DNA of 64,000 nucleotides from an uncultured Gaiellaceae bacterium (GTDB lineage Bacteria; Actinomycetota; Thermoleophilia; Gaiellales; Gaiellaceae), in the NCBI GenBank assembly GCA_963731615.1, contig CAVSWD010000005.1, positions 218,203 through 282,202 on the forward strand, written 5' to 3'. The notes beneath the pieces are model-generated. The model was not told where the DNA came from and did no database searches. It saw nothing but the letters and a program-made list of their open reading frames with translations. Positions 57,318 to 64,000 of this stretch are shown here, piece after piece (position 1 is the first letter of the stretch; every line of letters begins with the position of its first letter). The translations under genes and the position numbers were made by a program.

Positions 57318-58445
57318 ATGAAGACACGCAGGATGGCGATCCTCGGCGCAGCAGCCGTAGGGCTCGTCTCGCTCGCGGTGGCGGGTGGCGCCGCGGCACG
57401 TACCGACGTGGGGGCCGCCCCCGCGGGTGGTGCGACGAAGGTGACGCTGCAGCTGAAGTGGGTGACGCAGGCACAGTTCGCCGGCTTCTACGCCGCCAAG
57501 GCGAAGGGCTACTACAGCGCGGCGGGCCTCGACGTGAACCTCAAGCCGGGCGGGCCGGACATCACGCCCGAGCAGGTCGTCGCGTCCGGCCAGGCAGAGT
57601 TCGGGATCGACTGGCTGCCGAGCCTCCTCTCCTCGCGCGACAAGGGCAGCGACCTGGTCAACATCGCGCAGGTGTACACGCGCTCCGGCATGACGCAGCT
57701 GACCTGGAAGGACTCGGGCATCGACACGATCGCGAAGATGCGCGGGAAGAAGGTCGGCAACTGGCTCTTCGGCAACGAGTTCGAGCTGTTCGCCGCGCTC
57801 GTCAAGAACGGGATGGACCCGACCAAGAACAAGGGCGTCACGATCGTCCAGCAGCCGTTCGACATGAACCTGTTCCTGCAGCGGAAGATCGACTCGGCCT
57901 CGGCGATGACCTACAACGAGCTCGCCCAGGTGCTGGAGAGCAAGAACCCGAAGACGGGCAAGCTCTACCAGCTGTCCGACCTGAACGTGATCAAGATGGA
58001 GGCGGTCGGGACGGGCATGCTCGAGGACGGCGTCTTCGTCCGCGGGGACTGGATCAAGTCGGCCGCGAACCAGGCGACGGCGCGGAAGTTCCTCGAGGCG
58101 TCGTTCAAGGGCTGGCTCTGGTGCCGTGACCACCTCGCCGACTGCACGCGGATCGTGCTCAAGAACTCGCCGATCCTCGGCAAGGGCCATCAGACGTGGC
58201 AGATGAACGAGGTCAACGCCTTGATCTGGCCGGCGCCGCAGGGCATCGGCGTCATGAACCAGAAGGCGTTCACCAGGACCGCATCGATCTCGCGGCAGTT
58301 CGGCGTGATCAAGAAGCTGCCGAGCGGCGCCTTCCGCGCCGACCTCGCCAAGGCGGCCGTTGCGGCGCTGAAGAAGCAGGGCCTCGACGTGAACGGGGCC
58401 AAGTGGAAGAAGGCGACCGTCAAGGTCACCGCAGGCGGAAAGTAA
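57318..58445 (+). CDS. ABC transporter substrate-binding protein (NMT1/THI5-like)
   Basis: Signal peptide, then LQLKWVTQAQFAGFYAAKAKGYY. Confidence 0.85.
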   Translation: MKTRRMAILGAAAVGLVSLAVAGGAAARTDVGAAPAGGATKVTLQLKWVTQAQFAGFYAAKAKGYYSAAGLDVNLKPGGPDITPEQVVASGQAEFGIDWLPSLLSSRDKGSDLVNIAQVYTRSGMTQLTWKDSGIDTIAKMRGKKVGNWLFGNEFELFAALVKNGMDPTKNKGVTIVQQPFDMNLFLQRKIDSASAMTYNELAQVLESKNPKTGKLYQLSDLNVIKMEAVGTGMLEDGVFVRGDWIKSAANQATARKFLEASFKGWLWCRDHLADCTRIVLKNSPILGKGHQTWQMNEVNALIWPAPQGIGVMNQKAFTRTASISRQFGVIKKLPSGAFRADLAKAAVAALKKQGLDVNGAKWKKATVKVTAGGK

Positions 58446-58473
58446 GCCCGACGAACCGAGAAGGGAGATCCGC

Positions 58474-59901
58474 ATGTCCGTTCTGATCAAGGGAGGCCGG
58501 GTACTGACGGCCGCAGACGACTACGTCGCCGACATCTTCATCGAGGACGAGCGGATCTCCCTGATCGGGACGAATTTAGGGAGCTCAGGGCTCGACGTCG
58601 CGGCAGACACCGTGATCGACGCGTCCGGCAAGTACGTCCTGCCGGGCGCGGTCGATCCGCACACCCATCTCGACATGCCGTTCGGCGGCACGACGACGAT
58701 CGACGACGTCGAGTCGGGCCAGCGGGCGGCGGCGCGCGGCGGCACGACCACGCACGTCGACTTCTGCATCCAGGCGCCCGGCACGAGCTTCGGCGACGCG
58801 CTCGCCGACTGGAAGTCGAAGGCCGAAGGCAAGCAGCTGATCGACATGGGCTACCACATCGCCGTCACCGACCTGAAGGACGGGGGCTCGCTCGAGGAGC
58901 TCGCCTCGCTGCCGGACCAGGGGATTACCTCCTACAAGCTCTTCATGGCCTACAAGGGCGCGCTGATGGTCGACGACGAAACGCTCTTCAAGACGATGGA
59001 GGTCGCCGCCGAGACGGGCGCGCTCGTGATGGTGCACGCCGAGAACGGCGACGCGATCGACGTGCTCGTGAAGAGGGCGCTCGCGGAGGGGAAGACCGAG
59101 CCGAAGTATCACGCGCTCACCCGGCCGCCCGAGACCGAGGGCGAGGCGACGAACCGCGCGATCCAGCTCGCCCGCGTCGCCGGCTGCGCGCTCTACGTCG
59201 TCCACGTTTCGTGCCTGGAGTCGGTCGAGCCGATTCAGCTCGCCCGCGAAAAGGGCTGGGACGTCTGGGGCGAGACCTGCACGCAGTACTTCTTCATCGA
59301 CTACACGCATCTCGAAAAGCCTGACTTCGAGGGCGCGAAGTACGTCTACACGCCGCCGCCGCGCGACAAGGCGAACCAGGACGTGCTCTGGGACGCGGTT
59401 CGCCGGGACACGCTCAGCGCGATCTCGACCGACCACTGCGCCTTCTCATGGGGCGAGCAGAAGGCGCTCGGCCGCGACGACTTCTCGAAGATCCCGAACG
59501 GCGGCCCCGGCCTCGAGAACCGGCTGCACATGATCCACAACTTCGGCGCGCGCGAAGGCCGGATCAGCCTGAACCGGATGGTCGAGCTGCTCTGCACGAA
59601 CCCTGCGAAGCTGTTCGGCCTCTACCCGAGGAAGGGGACGATCGCCGTCGGCTCCGACGCCGACCTCGTCGTCTTCGACCCCGAGAAGAAGCACCTGATC
59701 ACCGCCGCGAGCCAGCAGTCGAGGACCGACTACAACCTCTACGAGGGCACCGAGGTCACGGGCGACGTCGAGACGGTGCTGGTGCGCGGACACGTGATCG
59801 TGGACGGCGGCGAGGTCGTCGGCAAGCCGGGGGTCGGGCGGTTCGTGGCCCGCGCGAAGTTCGGCGAGCAGCTGCACGCGAAGGCGGCGATGGCGACGTA
59901 A
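58474..59901 (+). CDS. hydA: Dihydropyrimidinase / D-hydantoinase
   Basis: 475 aa; DPHTHLDMPFGG, SYKLFMAYKG, VHAENGD, STDHC. Confidence 0.92.
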   Translation: MSVLIKGGRVLTAADDYVADIFIEDERISLIGTNLGSSGLDVAADTVIDASGKYVLPGAVDPHTHLDMPFGGTTTIDDVESGQRAAARGGTTTHVDFCIQAPGTSFGDALADWKSKAEGKQLIDMGYHIAVTDLKDGGSLEELASLPDQGITSYKLFMAYKGALMVDDETLFKTMEVAAETGALVMVHAENGDAIDVLVKRALAEGKTEPKYHALTRPPETEGEATNRAIQLARVAGCALYVVHVSCLESVEPIQLAREKGWDVWGETCTQYFFIDYTHLEKPDFEGAKYVYTPPPRDKANQDVLWDAVRRDTLSAISTDHCAFSWGEQKALGRDDFSKIPNGGPGLENRLHMIHNFGAREGRISLNRMVELLCTNPAKLFGLYPRKGTIAVGSDADLVVFDPEKKHLITAASQQSRTDYNLYEGTEVTGDVETVLVRGHVIVDGGEVVGKPGVGRFVARAKFGEQLHAKAAMAT

Positions 59902-59943
59902 CGAAGCTCGGCTCCTCGCCGGAGCGGCACGTAGGCTGCCGCA

Positions 59944-61365
59944 GTGCAACGACGCGTCCGCCTCACGCGTGCCGACGATCATGACATCGCGGCGGCCTTC
60001 GCCGAGCTGCGCGAGAACCTGGACGTCGAGCTCGGCTTCCCGGACGAGGTGAGCGAGGAGGCCGAGCGGTCGGTCCGCTCGCCGCGGCTCCCCGACGCCG
60101 ACGAGACGGCGATTCCGTTCGTGACGATCGACCCGCCCGAGTCGATGGATCTCGACCAGGCGCTGCACATCGAACGGGCCGGCAGCGGCTACCGCGTCCG
60201 CTACGCGATCGCCGACGTCGCGGCCTTCGTTACCCCGGACGGCGCGATGGACCAAGAGGCGCACCGGCGCGGTCAGACGCTCTACGCGCCCGACGAGAAC
60301 GCACGGCTCTATCCGCCGCAGCTCTCCGAGGGCGCCGGCAGCCTCCTTCCGGGTGAGCCGCGCCCGGCGCTCCTCTGGACGATCGACGTCGACGAGAGCG
60401 GCGAGGGCGTCAAGGTCGAGGTCCGGCGGGCGCTCGTCCGCAGCCGCGAGAAGCTCGACTATGCCGGTGTCCAGCGCTCGCTCGACAACGGGGGCGCGTC
60501 CGAGTCGCTGCAATTGCTCCGCGAGGTCGGGCTCCTGCGCCAGGAGCGCGAGGAGCGGCGAGGCGGGATCCAGCTCCCGATCCCCGAGCAGGAGGTCGAC
60601 GACGGGCCGGACGGCTTCACGCTGGCGTTCCGGGCACCGCTGCCGGTGGAGGGCTGGAACGCGCAAATCTCGCTGATGACGGGACAGGCCGCGGCAGAGC
60701 TGATGCTCGAAGCGCACGTCGGGCTCCTGCGCACGCTGCCCGAGGCCGACAAGGGCGCGGTCGACCGGCTGCGGCGAACGGCGAAGGCGCTCGAGATCGA
60801 CTGGCCGCGCGACGTCGAGTACGCAGCGTTGATCCGGACGCTCGACCCGGAGCGGCCCGAGCACGCGGCTTTCCTCGCAGAGTCGACCGTCCTGCTCCGC
60901 GGCTCCGGCTACGCGGCCTTCGACGGCGAGGTGCCCAACCGGCCGGCGCACGCAGGTGTCGGCGCACCGTACGCCCACACGACGGCGCCGCTACGCCGCC
61001 TCGTCGACCGTTACGTCGGCGAGATCTGTGTGGCCGTCTCCGCCGGCGCGGCCGTGCCGCAATGGGTGCACGCGGCGCTCCCGGGTCTCCCCGAGACGAT
61101 GGAGCGCTCGAACCGCCGCGCGCAGCAGTATGAGGCCGGGATCCTTTCGACGGTCGAGGCTGCAGTGCTCGCACCGCGGGTCGGAGAAACGTTCGAGGCA
61201 GTCGTCGTCGAGGTCGACGAACACGACGGCGGCGGCACGATCCAGCTGGCCGAGCCGGCCGTAACGGCGCACGCCACCGGCGAGCTGCCGCTCGGCGAGC
61301 GCGTCACCGTCCGGCTCGAGCTTGCCGACGTCGCGAAGCGGCAGGTGCGCTTCACTCTCGCCTGA
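59944..61365 (+). CDS. RNB domain-containing ribonuclease (RNase II/R family)
   Basis: TIDPPESMDLDQAL, ...APYAHTTAPLRRLVDRY.... Confidence 0.8.
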   Translation: MQRRVRLTRADDHDIAAAFAELRENLDVELGFPDEVSEEAERSVRSPRLPDADETAIPFVTIDPPESMDLDQALHIERAGSGYRVRYAIADVAAFVTPDGAMDQEAHRRGQTLYAPDENARLYPPQLSEGAGSLLPGEPRPALLWTIDVDESGEGVKVEVRRALVRSREKLDYAGVQRSLDNGGASESLQLLREVGLLRQEREERRGGIQLPIPEQEVDDGPDGFTLAFRAPLPVEGWNAQISLMTGQAAAELMLEAHVGLLRTLPEADKGAVDRLRRTAKALEIDWPRDVEYAALIRTLDPERPEHAAFLAESTVLLRGSGYAAFDGEVPNRPAHAGVGAPYAHTTAPLRRLVDRYVGEICVAVSAGAAVPQWVHAALPGLPETMERSNRRAQQYEAGILSTVEAAVLAPRVGETFEAVVVEVDEHDGGGTIQLAEPAVTAHATGELPLGERVTVRLELADVAKRQVRFTLA

Positions 61366-61893
61366 TCAGCAGCGTGCGCCGAGCGAGATCGTGCGGCGGT
61401 ACGTACGGCCGCGATCGACGCGCACGTCGAGCGCGTAGCAGCCACGCTTCGCGAACGAGAACCCACCTGGAAAGACGGTCACCCGCTTCAGCCGGCCGTT
61501 GCCGCCGAACATGACAGTTCCCGGCGCGCAGGGCTCGAATCGGATGGTTGGCGTGAGCTCGTTCGTCCGAGCGTAGTCGAGCGCGAGCGACGGCCGGCTC
61601 GACGGAGACACACTCATCGTCACCGGCGGACCCCAGAGCACCTTGGCTGCCACCTTGCGCTCGAAGCGACCATCCGGGCCGCGATCGAGCCGCGTCGCAG
61701 ATGCCGCCGGCGCGAGGCCAGCCAACGAGACCGGTCCGATGACGCTGTCGCCGGGCTGGGCGAAGCGGATCGCGGAGCCGTCGCTCGGGTCACCCCGCGT
61801 CGCGCAGTCCCGGGTGGGGGATACCTCGTCGGCCGACGCCGCGCCGGCGGCGAGTGCGAGCGCCAAGACGAGGAGGGCGAGAAGCGATCGCAT
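61366..61893 (-). CDS. Secreted hypothetical protein
   Basis: MRSLLALLVLALALAAGAASA signal; 175 aa. Confidence 0.55.
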   Translation of the reverse strand: MRSLLALLVLALALAAGAASADEVSPTRDCATRGDPSDGSAIRFAQPGDSVIGPVSLAGLAPAASATRLDRGPDGRFERKVAAKVLWGPPVTMSVSPSSRPSLALDYARTNELTPTIRFEPCAPGTVMFGGNGRLKRVTVFPGGFSFAKRGCYALDVRVDRGRTYRRTISLGARC

Positions 61894-61927
61894 CGCTTGT
61901 TCTACACCCCGCCTGCCCATCCGGTTC

Positions 61928-63457
<1,530 letters not shown>

Positions 63458-63531
63458 CTCGGCCTCCTAGGTGATCCTCGAAGCGTAGCGCGGCACGCGC
63501 TCCAACAAACTCAGCGCGGTAGGATCGGGCG

Positions 63532-64000
63532 ATGGCCACGATCGAGACGAATCCTCAGCTCGGGGCGCAGGTCAAGGCCGACGCCAAAGAATTCGTCCTG
63601 CATTCCTGGTCGGTGCAGAACGCGATCGATCCGATTCCTGTCGCGGGCGCCGAGGGCCGCTACTTCTGGGATTACGACGGCAAGCGGTACCTCGATTTCG
63701 CCTCGCAACTCGTCAACGTCTCGATCGGCCACGGGCATCCGAAGGTGATCGCCGCGATCAAGGAGCAGGCGGAGAAGCTCTGCACGATCGGGCCGCCGAT
63801 GGCAACCGAACCGCGCTCGACGCTGGCGCGGATGCTCGCCGAGATCACGCCCGGGAACCTGAAGATGTCCTTCTTCACGAACGGCGGCGCCGAGGCGAAC
63901 GAGAACGCGATCAAGGTCGCCCGCTGGGTCACCGGCCGCCACAAGGTGATCGCGCGCTACCGCAGCTACCACGGCGCGACCGGAGGTGCGATCACGCTCA
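63532..64000 (+). CDS. Class III (omega/beta-alanine-type) aminotransferase, 3' end beyond window
   Basis: My own translation: MATIETNPQLGAQVKADAKEFVLHSWSVQNAIDPIPVAGAEGRYFWDYDGKRYLDFASQLVNVSIGHGHPKVIAAI...FFTNGGAEANENAIK.... Not in the ORF track because no stop falls inside the window. Confidence 0.85.
   Translation, partial: MATIETNPQLGAQVKADAKEFVLHSWSVQNAIDPIPVAGAEGRYFWDYDGKRYLDFASQLVNVSIGHGHPKVIAAIKEQAEKLCTIGPPMATEPRSTLARMLAEITPGNLKMSFFTNGGAEANENAIKVARWVTGRHKVIARYRSYHGATGGAITL

Noticed and set aside
59446-60978. 510-aa ORF on the minus strand
   Set aside because: It is antisense to the dihydropyrimidinase 3' end and the RNB ribonuclease gene, with no motifs.

Overview
About 70 % GC chromosomal segment of actinobacterial type. 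The gene content resembles Thermoleophilia/Rubrobacteria-like Actinomycetota, but that taxon assignment is inference only. I support about 75 protein genes, 2 tRNAs (Arg, Phe), no rRNA, no CRISPR and no transposase or integrase. The recognisable blocks are listed here.
(1) mutS2, convergent with an acVLRF1/Vms1-like hydrolase.
(2) Two paralogous lipoproteins flanking an unannotated Rdx/SelW-like selenoprotein gene (in-frame TGA plus downstream hairpin).
(3) An ArsR/SmtB repressor divergent from a 17-codon Cys-rich sORF.
(4) A purine catabolism cluster at 7.2-16 kb: xanthine dehydrogenase-type FAD/2Fe-2S/Mo subunit genes in M-S-L order, 8-oxoguanine deaminase-like, HIU hydrolase, OHCU decarboxylase, membrane urate hydroxylase PuuD, and an M20 amidohydrolase.
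(5) MFS transporter, aldehyde dehydrogenase, thiolase, MqnA/D-like protein and a DtxR-family regulator.
(6) At 22.2-28.6 kb, a SigB/F/G-type sigma factor divergent from four secreted or membrane-anchored proteins of no recognisable family. These include a roughly 690-aa protein built from 7.5 Q/N/G-rich repeats. This is my best candidate for an undescribed system, possibly an extracellular fibre or functional-amyloid-like apparatus.
(7) Ornithine cyclodeaminase (OCD), DUF421, a thioredoxin-like lipoprotein, a CDF transporter, YgfZ, and groES-groEL with a CIRCE operator.
(8) NUDIX, ASCH, zinc-ribbon and scramblase-like genes.
(9) A 2-oxoacid dehydrogenase E1a/E1b/E2 with lipB and lipA.
(10) A BNR/sialidase-like exoprotein, fumC, arginase.
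(11) A reductive pyrimidine/hydantoin cluster at 52-64 kb: F420/LLM oxidoreductase, carbamoylase, NitT/TauT-type ABC transporter, dihydropyrimidinase, mmsA, aminotransferase.
A window-wide peculiarity is that at least 25 single-base frame disruptions hit otherwise well-conserved genes, roughly one per 2.5 kb. I read this as assembly indel error rather than decay, but it must be checked. Many long ORFs in the track are antisense high-GC artefacts.
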